A DNA stretch of 32,000 nucleotides from Candidatus Saccharimonadota bacterium (GCA_003516025.1 CP023991.1:330001-362000); one strand, 5' to 3'; counted from the first letter of the stretch, positions 15,913-25,500 are shown. Made by a program: numbers and translations. Notes: generated by a model not told the origin, from the sequence alone.

Positions 15913-17802
15913 ATGACAGCACAAGAAATCCGCCAAAAATATCTCGATTATTATAAAGAGCGTGGCCATAATGTTATAGCGCGGGCCCAGCTTGTGCCGT
16001 ACAACGATCCAACGACTTTGTTTACCGGCTCCGGCATGCAGCCGTTATTGCCGTATTTGCTCGGTGAAGTTCATCCGGACGGCTCCCGCCTGGTGGACTC
16101 ACAGACCTGCTTGCGGGCTCAGGATATCGAAGAAGTCGGCGATAACCGCCATACTACTTTCTTCGAAATGCTTGGTAACTGGAGTCTCGGCGACTACTTT
16201 AAGCAGGATCAGCTGCCATGGGTCTTCAGTTTCCTGGTTGATGAAGTCGGTCTTGATCCCCATAAATTATATGTAACTTGCTTCCAGGGTGACGCGGCTA
16301 ACAATATCCCCAAAGACACCGAAGCAGCTGATATTTGGCGTAACCTGTTTGACCGGCGCGGTATCGAAGCCCGCGAAGTGGAAGTCGGCAGCGAAGAAAA
16401 CGGCTACCAGGTCGGCGTACCCGAAGGCGGCCGCATATTCTTTTACGACGCCAGCAAAAACTGGTGGTGCCGCGGTGGTAAGATCGGCGATATGCCGGTT
16501 GGTGAGCCAGGCGGCCCGGACAGCGAAATCTTTTATGAATTCGACTTTATTGAGCATGACACAAAGTGGGGTCCTAAGTGCCACCCGAACTGCGACTGCG
16601 GCCGCTTTATGGAAATTGGCAACTCCGTGTTTATGGAATACGTGCGGCGCGAAACCGGCTTCGAAAAGCTGCCGAAACAGAACGTTGACTTTGGCGGGGG
16701 CTTAGAGCGCATCGCGGCTGCTAAACTTAACAGCCCGGACGTTTTTAAGATCAGTATTTTGCAGCCTATCATCGCCAAACTGGAAGAAATTTCCGGTAAG
16801 AGCTATGACAGCCACACCGAGAGCATGCGGGTTATCGCTGACCATCTGCGGGCTTCGGCCTTCCTGGCGGTAGACGGCACGGCGCCAAGTAATAAGACGC
16901 AGGGTTACGTGATGCGCCGCCTGATGCGCCGTGCTATCCGCTTCGCCTTTGACCTTGGCATTGAGCAAAACTTCGTGGAGCAGGTCGTGCCGGTTATCGC
17001 AGACTTATATGCTAACGATTATCCGGAAGTCCGTGGCAACCGCGAACGGGTGATCGAAGTACTGGTAAAAGAGGAAAAGGCTTTCCGCCAGACGCTGCGC
17101 AAAGGCCTGCAAATGATGCAGAAACTATCAGCCTCCGGTTTGTCCGGCGAAGAAATATTCGCGCTCTATGACACCTATGGTTTTCCGGTTGAGCTCAGTA
17201 CAGAGGAAGCCTTTAAACAGAACATTAGCCTCAGTGAAAACTGGCGCCAAGAGTTTGACGTTAAAATGGCCGAGCAGCGCCAGCGCTCGCAAACTGCCGC
17301 TAAAGGAACGTTTAAGGGCGGCCTTGGCGGCCAGACGTTGCAGCATAAAAAGTATCATACCGCGACGCACCTGATGTACCAGGCGCTGCGCACGGTACTT
17401 GGCGACCATGTTATCCAACACGGCAGTAACATTACCGAAGAGCGCCTTAGGTTTGATTTTAGCCATTCCGAAAAAATGACGCCGGAGCAGATCAAACAGG
17501 TTGAGGATATCGTAAATGAGCAAATTGCTAAAGACCTCGCGGTAACCTGGGAAGAACATCCCACCAGCTACGCCATTAACGAGCTGCATGTACTAGGAGC
17601 TTTCGGCGACCGTTACGGTGACATTGTTAAGTGCTACCGCATGCAGGCGGCAAGCGAAGACAAGCCATTCAGTTTCGAGATTTGCGGCGGCCCGCACGTT
17701 GACCATACTGGTCAGCTAGCCGAAGAAGGTAAAAGCTTCAAGATTCTGAAAGAAGAGTCGTCCAGCGCCGGTATCCGCCGCATTAAAGCCGTTCTGCAGT
17801 AA
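15913..17802 (+). CDS. alaS: alanine--tRNA ligase, short form lacking the C-terminal C-Ala domain
   Basis: MTAQEIRQKYLDYYKERGHNVI..., FTGSGMQP, RFMEIGNSVFMEY, and editing-domain HTATHL and CGGPHV motifs. The track start TTG 15844 is rejected: ATG 15913 sits exactly 7 nt after an extended -10 (TGTTATACT). Confidence 0.93.
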   Translation: MTAQEIRQKYLDYYKERGHNVIARAQLVPYNDPTTLFTGSGMQPLLPYLLGEVHPDGSRLVDSQTCLRAQDIEEVGDNRHTTFFEMLGNWSLGDYFKQDQLPWVFSFLVDEVGLDPHKLYVTCFQGDAANNIPKDTEAADIWRNLFDRRGIEAREVEVGSEENGYQVGVPEGGRIFFYDASKNWWCRGGKIGDMPVGEPGGPDSEIFYEFDFIEHDTKWGPKCHPNCDCGRFMEIGNSVFMEYVRRETGFEKLPKQNVDFGGGLERIAAAKLNSPDVFKISILQPIIAKLEEISGKSYDSHTESMRVIADHLRASAFLAVDGTAPSNKTQGYVMRRLMRRAIRFAFDLGIEQNFVEQVVPVIADLYANDYPEVRGNRERVIEVLVKEEKAFRQTLRKGLQMMQKLSASGLSGEEIFALYDTYGFPVELSTEEAFKQNISLSENWRQEFDVKMAEQRQRSQTAAKGTFKGGLGGQTLQHKKYHTATHLMYQALRTVLGDHVIQHGSNITEERLRFDFSHSEKMTPEQIKQVEDIVNEQIAKDLAVTWEEHPTSYAINELHVLGAFGDRYGDIVKCYRMQAASEDKPFSFEICGGPHVDHTGQLAEEGKSFKILKEESSSAGIRRIKAVLQ

Positions 17803-17810
17803 GCGCGCAG

Positions 17811-18863
17811 CTATCGCATCGAATCCATATAGCGGCGCATGGTATTTACTACGGCGTCGTTATTTGGATATTGCAGCAGCGCCGCGTTCAGCAGGCCATT
17901 GCGGTCTTCCAGTGACGTGCTGATGCCTTCAGGAATGGCGATAGCAGCCTGTATGGTTGTTTTGATAGACTCAGGACGGTTTCGGTTGACGTTGGCCATG
18001 AACTGGGCGATTCCCGCGTTAGAGTCCTCTATGGCATATGGTTTTCGGCTCGCCAAACCGGCTGGCTGGCTGAGCGCGGCAGGGTTATGCAGGATAACGG
18101 TCAGGCCAGTGGTTGCTACGGCGGCCGGGTCAACGCCATAAGCCTTCTGGTCGGCTAAGCGGACTTCTATGGTTCGGGCTGTTACTTCTGATTGCTGGGT
18201 TGTCAGTGTCTTAGTGACTTGGAGTGAAGTAGCGTTTCCATGCTTATCCTGACGCTGATACAACCCGTCTTTTACGACGGCTGCCAGCGGAGACAGGCCG
18301 ACAAGCCCGGTACTGATGCTTTCAATTGAAGCGGTCGCTGAGTTGTCGTCCTGGTCGGCACCTGCCTGCAGGGCCACGTCGGTAAGGACGTCCAGCGCGG
18401 CCGAACTGTCGATTGTCAGCACATCGGCGTCTTCAAGGGCTTCCGGGCGATGCGCTTGTTTGATGGTGTAGTGTCGCCGGCCGGATTCATCGGTAGTAAT
18501 GGCCAGATCGGCACTGCGCTGGTCCTCGCTGCGCAGGTAAAAGGTCGCGTCGCGTAATATATCACCGCCAAAGGAGTGCATCATGGTAGCCGTGTGGCGT
18601 ATGCTGGTAAGCGGAAAGTCGAGCACTGAGCGGTACACGATGCCGTAATCCTTACGTAAACTCACCAAAGATGTCGGGCGTAAGGTGTCCTGAGCGATGT
18701 CGTAGCTGTTAGATGCCAGGATTTGGCAGGCGAGCGGGCCTAAAGATTCCGCCGCGGCTTCATAATCACGCCATTCTTCGGGTAAGTGGCGTAAGGCTGC
18801 GCTCATTGTGTCGGTATGCAGCCTATCGGGCTCTACGATAGGGAATCGTTCCGGTGTGGGCAT
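17811..18863 (-). CDS. hypothetical cytoplasmic protein (350 aa)
   Basis: Long ORF with host-like composition and no signal peptide or TM helix. Preceded on its own strand by a consensus TTGACA-17-TATAAT promoter ending 9 nt before the ATG. No family recognised. Confidence 0.7.
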   Translation of the reverse strand: MPTPERFPIVEPDRLHTDTMSAALRHLPEEWRDYEAAAESLGPLACQILASNSYDIAQDTLRPTSLVSLRKDYGIVYRSVLDFPLTSIRHTATMMHSFGGDILRDATFYLRSEDQRSADLAITTDESGRRHYTIKQAHRPEALEDADVLTIDSSAALDVLTDVALQAGADQDDNSATASIESISTGLVGLSPLAAVVKDGLYQRQDKHGNATSLQVTKTLTTQQSEVTARTIEVRLADQKAYGVDPAAVATTGLTVILHNPAALSQPAGLASRKPYAIEDSNAGIAQFMANVNRNRPESIKTTIQAAIAIPEGISTSLEDRNGLLNAALLQYPNNDAVVNTMRRYMDSMR

Positions 18864-18872
18864 AATGTAATA

Positions 18873-18901
18873 ATTATAGAATATTATACATCTACTGTCA
18901 A
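18873..18901 (-). promoter_or_regulatory. consensus sigma70-type promoter of the 350-aa hypothetical gene
   Basis: The minus strand reads TTGACA-gtagatgtataatattc-TATAAT: both hexamers are perfect with 17-nt spacing. The ATG (18863) lies 9 nt after the -10 box. Confidence 0.65.
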
Positions 18902-19125
18902 TAGCGCTTATGCAATTTACGCTTATGGTTGTAAAAAATAAACATCAGCTTGCCTTCTCAGAGTAGTGGGTGTTTACTGGATGAATAGATTAATTAATAT
19001 AACATCGTAGAAGGGCTGGCACAATTTTATAAAAGTACAAGACTTTATTTTCAATTGCTATTTGCAATAATAAAATAATAATGGTGTAATAATTAACTTA
19101 TTGAGGTATTTACGGGGTTTTTCTT

Positions 19126-19587
19126 ATGGCTATGTATGAATGGGCGGCAACAGAAACAGATTTAAAGCAGGTTGATGCGGCACACGCTACAGAGTTACAG
19201 TCAGCAGGGCAGGCAGTGACCGCGGAACTCGACTACGCGGCACAGACTAATGACGACCCTGACGGCGCCCCTGATATAACGACGAGCGCTATTAGTGTCC
19301 GGCAGCCAATATGGTTCGGCGAGCGGCAGATTGTTCTGAGGGGCTTAAACTGGGGATATAAAGGCATGCTGGCCTATCGGGCTGGCTGCAATCCCAATGT
19401 AGGACCCGGTAGCGAGCAGGAGCAGGACTTCGTAAAAATACACACGCATAACGTTGATGAGTATATGGCAGCGCTTGACGCACATGCTGTATACGAAGCG
19501 GATGAGTACTCCGGACCGCTCGACATGAGCAAGGTATATGCGGCCTTAGGTTTAAACGCGCTTCTCGACGAAGCCCATAGGCGGTAG
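19126..19587 (+). CDS. hypothetical protein (153 aa)
   Basis: ORF of normal composition diverging from 17811..18863 across an AT-rich spacer. Acidic, with no TM helix. No family recognised. Confidence 0.6.
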   Translation: MAMYEWAATETDLKQVDAAHATELQSAGQAVTAELDYAAQTNDDPDGAPDITTSAISVRQPIWFGERQIVLRGLNWGYKGMLAYRAGCNPNVGPGSEQEQDFVKIHTHNVDEYMAALDAHAVYEADEYSGPLDMSKVYAALGLNALLDEAHRR

Positions 19588-19626
19588 CGATACATAATTT
19601 ATCCGTGCCGTAGCCGGCTGGCAGTG

Positions 19627-19635
19627 TGCTAAAAT
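19627..19635 (+). promoter_or_regulatory. extended -10 element upstream of the ftsA-like gene
   Basis: TGcTAAAAT lies 8 nt upstream of ATG 19644. The 12-bp palindrome AAGCATATGCTT (19638-19649) spans that ATG. Confidence 0.45.
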
Positions 19636-19643
19636 TAAAGCAT

Positions 19644-21005
19644 ATGCTTGATTTGCAAAAGTTAAAGGGTGTGGGCGCGTCTGTTGCTAAAAAGGCTGGC
19701 CAGGCCGCGAAACAAGCGACTGACTCCGCTAAAAATGTTAAAGATAAGCGAGCCACCGGCGCGGCTGCGCGCAACGACCAGTACATCGTGGCGCTTGATA
19801 TCGGTACGGAATACGTCAAGGCGCTCATCGGCCGGGTAAACAGCGACAGCGACGAGATCGACATTATAGGTGTCGGCCGCCAGAAACAGCGCTTGAGCGA
19901 TATGCAGGCTGGGGCTATTTCAGATATCCCGAGCGTTGTTCAAAACTGTGACCAGGCACTGGCTAAAGCCGAAGAGCAGGCAGGCGTCAGTGCCCGCATG
20001 GCCGTCGTCGGTATTGCCGGCGAACTGGTCAAGGGAACGACTACCCGTATTAAGGTCACACGTCCCCAGCCGACCAAGGCACTCGATACAGCTGAAATGG
20101 AAAAAATCATCCGTTTAGTACAGGAACGAGCCGGCGTGAAAGCCCGCCAGGAATTACTGGTTGAACTGGGCGGCAAAGACGTCGAAGTCCGCCTGGTGAA
20201 CAGTGCCCTGGTGAGTATTGATATCGACGGTTATCCCGTAACCAACCCGATTGGCTTCCAGGGTAAAGACGTTGTAGTACAAATGTATACCGCCTTCGCG
20301 CCGCTGATTCATATTGGCGCTCTGGAGCGTACTGCCCAGGAGCTGGATCTTGACCTGCTGGCTGTAGCTGCCGAACCGTTCGCCGTCGCCCGATCGGTTA
20401 TTGGTAATACCAGTAACTCCGCCTTTAGCGCCGTACTGATGGATGTCGGGGGTGGTACGACTGATATCGCCGTTATCAATGACGGCGGCGTACAAGGTAC
20501 CAAAATGTTTGGCATCGGCGGCCGAGCCTACACCCGTGGTATCGAGCGTGACCTGGGCGTTGACTATGACCTCGCCGAAAAACTGAAACTGGGGCTCAGC
20601 AATCAAACCGTGCCGGCCCGCCAGGCTGTTGCCGTAACAAAAAACCTGCAAAAGACACTTGATGTCTGGACCAGTGGTGTTGAGTTGGCGCTGGGAGAAT
20701 TTCCCGGCCTCGACCACTTGCCGCACCGCATTCTGCTCTGCGGCGGCGGTTCCAGTTTAGACATGCTAATGGACAACCTACAGCGCACCAACTGGTATAC
20801 CGACCTGCCGTTCGCTCGAAAACCTGTCGTGCAGCACATTCAGCCGGGCCAGGTTGTTGGCATTCACGACAAGACCGGCCAAGTCGCTGATCACACTTTT
20901 ATTACCGCTATGGGACTGCTGCGCGTCGGACTTGATACCTTAAGCTATTCCGGCACATCGAGTGGTACCATTAAGGAAAAACTGGATAAGATATTACAAA
21001 CCTAA
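19644..21005 (+). CDS. ftsA: actin-fold cell-division protein FtsA-like
   Basis: YIVALDIGTEYVKALIG, VLMDVGGGTTDIAVINDGG and RILLCGGGSSL phosphate/adenosine motifs. C-terminal IKEKLDKILQT could be an amphipathic membrane-targeting helix. The track start is GTG 19626. ATG 19644 is favoured by the extended -10 TGCTAAAAT at 19627-19635. Confidence 0.8.
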   Translation: MLDLQKLKGVGASVAKKAGQAAKQATDSAKNVKDKRATGAAARNDQYIVALDIGTEYVKALIGRVNSDSDEIDIIGVGRQKQRLSDMQAGAISDIPSVVQNCDQALAKAEEQAGVSARMAVVGIAGELVKGTTTRIKVTRPQPTKALDTAEMEKIIRLVQERAGVKARQELLVELGGKDVEVRLVNSALVSIDIDGYPVTNPIGFQGKDVVVQMYTAFAPLIHIGALERTAQELDLDLLAVAAEPFAVARSVIGNTSNSAFSAVLMDVGGGTTDIAVINDGGVQGTKMFGIGGRAYTRGIERDLGVDYDLAEKLKLGLSNQTVPARQAVAVTKNLQKTLDVWTSGVELALGEFPGLDHLPHRILLCGGGSSLDMLMDNLQRTNWYTDLPFARKPVVQHIQPGQVVGIHDKTGQVADHTFITAMGLLRVGLDTLSYSGTSSGTIKEKLDKILQT

Positions 21006-21022
21006 GGAAGTAAGCAAACGCT

Positions 21023-22765
21023 ATGGCAACGAACCAAAAAGACACCGTTTATATCGACATTGATGATGAAATAACCAGCATCATTGATAAAGTACGCGCT
21101 GCCGACGCCCGCATTGTAGCCCTGGTGCTGCCAAAACGGGCGGCTGTGCTGCAAAGCATCGTCAACATGAAGCTACTCAAGAAAACGGCAGAACAGGCCA
21201 AAAAACATGTTGTGCTGATTACTTCCGAGTCAGGCCTGTTGCCGCTGGCAGGTGCCGTCGGGCTGCATGTGGCTTCCAGTTTGCAGTCGAAGCCGGCTAT
21301 TCCTGTGGCGGGTGGCGTAGTTGCCGCCGAAGTGATTGACGGCAGTGGTGATTTTGACGCGGCTTCCGTAGCTGATAGGCCGGTAGGCCAATTGGCCGGC
21401 CCGGCCGCCTCCGCCTATGACGCTAATGATCTCGATACGATTACCCTTGATGACGAACCGGCTGCGGCAGATGCCGCAAAAGCTGGTACCGTTACCGGAC
21501 TTGCCGCTGGCGCCGCTCCTGTTTCTGCTGCTGGAGCGTCTACTAAAGCCGATAAGGCCGCTAAAGGTAAAAAAGACAGCAAACTTAAAATCCCCGATTT
21601 TAACAAGTTCCGTCTATGGTTGATTGCCGGCGGGGCCCTGCTGATAGCCCTGATTGTATTCGGTTATTTTGCCCTGGTCGTTATGCCAAAAGCAACCGTT
21701 ACTATCGCTACCGACAGCAGTGATATCCCGACGAATGCTGATATTACGCTCGATCCGTCGGCTGACGAACTTGATCTGGAAGACCGTGTGCTGCCTGCTA
21801 AAATTGAGACTAAGCAGCAGGCCAGCACCCAGCAAGCTACCGCCACCGGCCAAAAGAATAACGGTACCAAAGCAACTGGTGAAGTTCGGATGACGGCTGG
21901 TAGCTGTAGTGCTGATATACCCGAAGACGTCCCGGCTGGTACTGGAGTTAGCAGTAATGGGATGACTTTTATTACCGGCAATAACACCACCTTTGTTCCG
22001 ACATCTTCCAATGGTAAATGTGTCTTTACGGCTAGTCGTGATACGAATATAACGGCTCAAAAAGCTGGCGCCACATATAATATTGCTGCAACAACTTTTA
22101 GTGTCGCCGGGCGGAGCGAAGTTAAGGCGAACTCCGAGGATCCTACAAGCGGGGGGACCGACAACATCGTTAAAGTAGTCGCCCAAAGCGACATTGATAA
22201 TGCTAAGCAGAAACTGACGGCCAGCACCAGCTCATCGGTAAAGAGCGAATTGCAGTCCAAGCTTACGGACGACGGGTATAAAGCTGTAGCCAGCAGCCTT
22301 AAGGCGGGAGACGCGGCCGTAACATCGAGCGTAAACGTTGGCGACCAGGCGGACGTGGTAACAGTAACTTCTACGACGACGTATACCATGTACGGTATCA
22401 AAACCAGCGACCTCAAGCGACTGATTCTCGACAATGTTAAAGACAAGATCGACAGTAGTAAGCAGCAAATCCTCAATGACGGTACCGATAAAGCCGCCTT
22501 TACCATCAATTCACCGGCCAGCAGTGGTGAACTCCAGGTACGCTTGGCGGCAACCTCGTTGGCTGGTCCTGACCTCAAGACTGACACTCTAAAATCTCAA
22601 ATAGCCGGTAAGAAAACCAATGATGTCCGCACCGCAGTCACCTCGACGCCTGGCGTAACTGGTGTTACGGTTAAGTACAGCCCATTCTGGGTCTCGAAAG
22701 TACCGAAAAATCAGGATAAAATTACTATCGTAATCGAAAAGGCGTCAGCCAGTAAGAATAATTAG
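21023..22765 (+). CDS. hypothetical bitopic membrane protein (cytoplasmic alpha/beta-like N-domain, Ala/Pro-rich linker, TM helix, Ser/Thr-rich ectodomain)
   Basis: 580 aa. AAGGAAG SD. TM helix LWLIAGGALLIALIVFGYFALVV at about residue 198. Starts 17 nt after the ftsA-like stop, so probably co-transcribed. No family recognised. Confidence 0.8.
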   Translation: MATNQKDTVYIDIDDEITSIIDKVRAADARIVALVLPKRAAVLQSIVNMKLLKKTAEQAKKHVVLITSESGLLPLAGAVGLHVASSLQSKPAIPVAGGVVAAEVIDGSGDFDAASVADRPVGQLAGPAASAYDANDLDTITLDDEPAAADAAKAGTVTGLAAGAAPVSAAGASTKADKAAKGKKDSKLKIPDFNKFRLWLIAGGALLIALIVFGYFALVVMPKATVTIATDSSDIPTNADITLDPSADELDLEDRVLPAKIETKQQASTQQATATGQKNNGTKATGEVRMTAGSCSADIPEDVPAGTGVSSNGMTFITGNNTTFVPTSSNGKCVFTASRDTNITAQKAGATYNIAATTFSVAGRSEVKANSEDPTSGGTDNIVKVVAQSDIDNAKQKLTASTSSSVKSELQSKLTDDGYKAVASSLKAGDAAVTSSVNVGDQADVVTVTSTTTYTMYGIKTSDLKRLILDNVKDKIDSSKQQILNDGTDKAAFTINSPASSGELQVRLAATSLAGPDLKTDTLKSQIAGKKTNDVRTAVTSTPGVTGVTVKYSPFWVSKVPKNQDKITIVIEKASASKNN

Positions 22766-22774
22766 ACCGCTATA

Positions 22775-23209
22775 ATGACAAACACGACTCAATTGGAGAC
22801 GATTTTAGGACTCGACATCGGTGAGCGCCGTATCGGTGTTGCCAGCGCCCACCTGCAGGCCCTGTTTCCTCATCCGCTGACGACATTGGCTGATCCGCAA
22901 ACTTTTATTGCCGATATAGTGGCACTGTGTATATCCGAACGGGTAGCCGCGGTAGTCGCCGGGCTGCCGCGTGGCTTGTCCGGCCAGGAAACTGCCCAAA
23001 CCGCATGGGTACGGCAATTCGCGGCCGAAATTCAGGAAAAACTTACGGTGCCCGTATACTTTACCGACGAAGCGGTGACCTCTGAAAAAGCCGAGTCAGA
23101 ATTAAAACAGCGCGGTAAGCCGTATGAGAAGGGTGATATTGACGCGCTGGCGGCAACCTATATATTGGAAGATTATATTAGCGATCATCCGGAGCAGAAA
23201 TATGACTAA
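22775..23209 (+). CDS. ruvX: Holliday-junction resolvase-like nuclease RuvX (YqgF)
   Basis: 144 aa. N-terminal ILGLDIGERRIGVA motif and a size typical of YqgF/RuvX. Confidence 0.88.
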   Translation: MTNTTQLETILGLDIGERRIGVASAHLQALFPHPLTTLADPQTFIADIVALCISERVAAVVAGLPRGLSGQETAQTAWVRQFAAEIQEKLTVPVYFTDEAVTSEKAESELKQRGKPYEKGDIDALAATYILEDYISDHPEQKYD

Positions 23210-24254
23210 ATTCAATATACATCAGGGAAGGCGCAGCCGTTGGCCAATGCGGCTGATAGTAGTTGTGGGTACCGTGCTCCTGGCCTTGGTTATTGCCGCG
23301 GTTGTCGTACACCGCGATTACAGCGAAAATCTGCGCCCCGTCAGCAGTGATGCTGCTACAAAGGTGTTTGCCGTCAGTTCGGGAGCAACCGTTAACCAGA
23401 TCGCCACCGGTTTGCATCGTCAGGGCCTGATCCGCCAGGCGTGGGCTTTCGAGCGCTACGTTAAAGACCATAACCTGGGCAGCGAGCTGCAGGCAGGAAC
23501 GTACCGCTTATCTCCTTCGCAGGATGTGCCTCAGATTGCCGAGGTTCTGGCTACAGGTAAAGTAGCCGTTAATCTTATTACGATTCTGCCCGGCCAGCGT
23601 ATTGACCAGATACGTGAAGCCTTTATTAAGGCCAAATTCGACCCGGCCGCCGTCGACGCGGCGCTTAACCCGGCTCAGTACGCCGATAGCCCGGCCTTGG
23701 CTGATAAACCCGCTTCCGCCAGTTTAGAAGGGTTCCTGTATCCAGATTCATATCAGAAAGATGCTAACACTGATCCGCGGACAATAATTGAAGCTTCATT
23801 GGCAGAATTAGAAACAAGGCTTACGCCAGCCCGCCGCCAGCAATTCGCAGCCCGAGGTCTTACGGTGTATCAGGCGGTAACACTCGCGTCGATTGTAGAG
23901 CGAGAAGTGTCGAATAATGACGATCGCTCGCAGGTTGCGCAGGTATTTTATAAGCGTATGCAACAAGGTATGTCTTTGGAATCTGACGTCACCGCTTTTT
24001 ACGGTGCTATTAAAGATGGTAAGCCCCAATCGGTGGATTACGATTCGCCATATAATACATATAAAATTAATGGTTTGCCTGTAGGACCGATTAGTAATGT
24101 GAGTGAGAGTTCGCTTGATGCTGTCGCTGAACCGGCAAATACCGACTGGACGTATTTTGTTGCCGGCGACGACGGCAAAACGTACTTCTCAAAAACGCTC
24201 GATGAACACGAAGCGCTTACCGAGCAGCACTGTAAGAAACTATGTAATTTATAG
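23202..24254 (+). CDS. mltG: endolytic murein transglycosylase MltG (YceG-like)
   Basis: N-terminal TM helix (LIVVVGTVLLALVIAAVVV), plus ASIVEREV and YNTYKINGLPVGPISN motifs. ATG 23202 overlaps the ruvX stop; the track start 23124 lies inside ruvX. Confidence 0.9.
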   Translation: MTKFNIHQGRRSRWPMRLIVVVGTVLLALVIAAVVVHRDYSENLRPVSSDAATKVFAVSSGATVNQIATGLHRQGLIRQAWAFERYVKDHNLGSELQAGTYRLSPSQDVPQIAEVLATGKVAVNLITILPGQRIDQIREAFIKAKFDPAAVDAALNPAQYADSPALADKPASASLEGFLYPDSYQKDANTDPRTIIEASLAELETRLTPARRQQFAARGLTVYQAVTLASIVEREVSNNDDRSQVAQVFYKRMQQGMSLESDVTAFYGAIKDGKPQSVDYDSPYNTYKINGLPVGPISNVSESSLDAVAEPANTDWTYFVAGDDGKTYFSKTLDEHEALTEQHCKKLCNL

Positions 24255-24285
24255 CGCATAAAACCGACCGTAAACGATTGAAAAC

Positions 24286-24313
24286 TTGAAAAACCTGCCC
24301 GTTTTGCTACAAT
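24286..24313 (+). promoter_or_regulatory. putative extended -10 promoter of the LysM/CHAP gene
   Basis: TTGAAA (24286-24291), 16 nt, TGcTACAAT (24305-24313). Confidence 0.55.
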
Positions 24314-24336
24314 TGGTGTTGTAACTTAGGTTACGC

Positions 24337-25452
24337 ATGAGGAGCATTTCTATTAGTACTTTCAATTCATTGCAGTCAAATGCTGCATATAAACGTTTGA
24401 ACAGTAAATTACATCGTAAATCAACCCGTCGGCGCGCCACCCGGTACGCCATTTTAGGTTTGAACGCGCTATTGCTATTCGGCGTGCTGGCTTTCGTAGT
24501 GCTTGGCCAACGGTCAGGCAACGCCGCGCCGGAAAAAGTGCTGACTGCTTCCGTGGCTAGCGACCGTACCGACCTGGCCAATCCCATGGACCAGGTATCT
24601 TCGGCTGATATCGCCGTGAATGTAGCCCGTATGAGCGGCCTGCAGGAAAGCCCGAAAATTGCTGAAGACGCTGACTCGGTTGATGTTGAGCTAACCCTGC
24701 CTCCCGCCAGTACCAGTATCGTTGCCAAACCGCAAATTGTCGCCACGGCCCTTAAGAGCAAAAAGGATATACGTACGTATATCACGGTAGAGGGTGATAC
24801 GGTTACGACCATCGCTACCAAGTTCGGCGTTACTTCGGATAGTGTCCGCTGGTCTAACAATTTGTCTACGAATACCGTACCGGCTGGCCAGACACTCTAT
24901 ATTCCACCGGAAAACGGCATTGTCTATGTAGTTAAAGCCGGGGATACGGCTGATTCTTTGGCGACAAAGTATAAAGCTTCCAAAGACGAATTAGTGGCTA
25001 CTAACGACGCCGAACTGTCGGCATTTAAGGTCGGCGAGCGAATCCTTATTCCTAATGGAATCATTGAAACTGTCGTTACTCCTACTGCCCGCGTCGCTAA
25101 TGCCGGTTTTGGTTGGGGTAGTGGGCCGGTATATGGCGACAATCTGTATACCTATGGCTACTGTACTTGGTATGTCGCTAACCGTATCCGCGTTCCAAAT
25201 AACTGGGGCAACGCTAACACCTGGGACAACCGGGCAGCTGCCAGCGGCTGGATTGTCAGCAGTATTCCACGCGTTGGGGCAGTTGGCCAGACCGACCGTG
25301 GTAGCGAAGGCCACGTCGCTGTTGTTGAAGCAGTATCCGAAGACGGTACCATGATTAAGTATTCTGATATGAACGGCTTAGCCGGATGGGGTTCAGTAGG
25401 CCGTTCCGACTGGGTTTCCGCAGTTAAGTTCGAGCATTACATTTACCAGTAA
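24337..25452 (+). CDS. membrane-anchored peptidoglycan hydrolase: 2x LysM + C-terminal CHAP domain
   Basis: Signal-anchor AILGLNALLLFGVLAFVVL. Two LysM repeats (YITVEGDTVTTIATKFGV..., YVVKAGDTADSLATKYKA...). CHAP-type Cys/His (YGYCTWYVANR ... GHVAVVEAV). Confidence 0.88.
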   Translation: MRSISISTFNSLQSNAAYKRLNSKLHRKSTRRRATRYAILGLNALLLFGVLAFVVLGQRSGNAAPEKVLTASVASDRTDLANPMDQVSSADIAVNVARMSGLQESPKIAEDADSVDVELTLPPASTSIVAKPQIVATALKSKKDIRTYITVEGDTVTTIATKFGVTSDSVRWSNNLSTNTVPAGQTLYIPPENGIVYVVKAGDTADSLATKYKASKDELVATNDAELSAFKVGERILIPNGIIETVVTPTARVANAGFGWGSGPVYGDNLYTYGYCTWYVANRIRVPNNWGNANTWDNRAAASGWIVSSIPRVGAVGQTDRGSEGHVAVVEAVSEDGTMIKYSDMNGLAGWGSVGRSDWVSAVKFEHYIYQ

Positions 25453-25486
25453 CGCGGCCGGATTAGGCTTAAAACTGTTTCCATTT

Positions 25487-25492
25487 TATAAT
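25487..25492 (+). promoter_or_regulatory. -10 box of obg (near-leaderless)
   Basis: TATAAT lies 8 nt upstream of ATG 25501 with no SD. Confidence 0.45.
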
Positions 25493-25500
25493 AGGGATAT

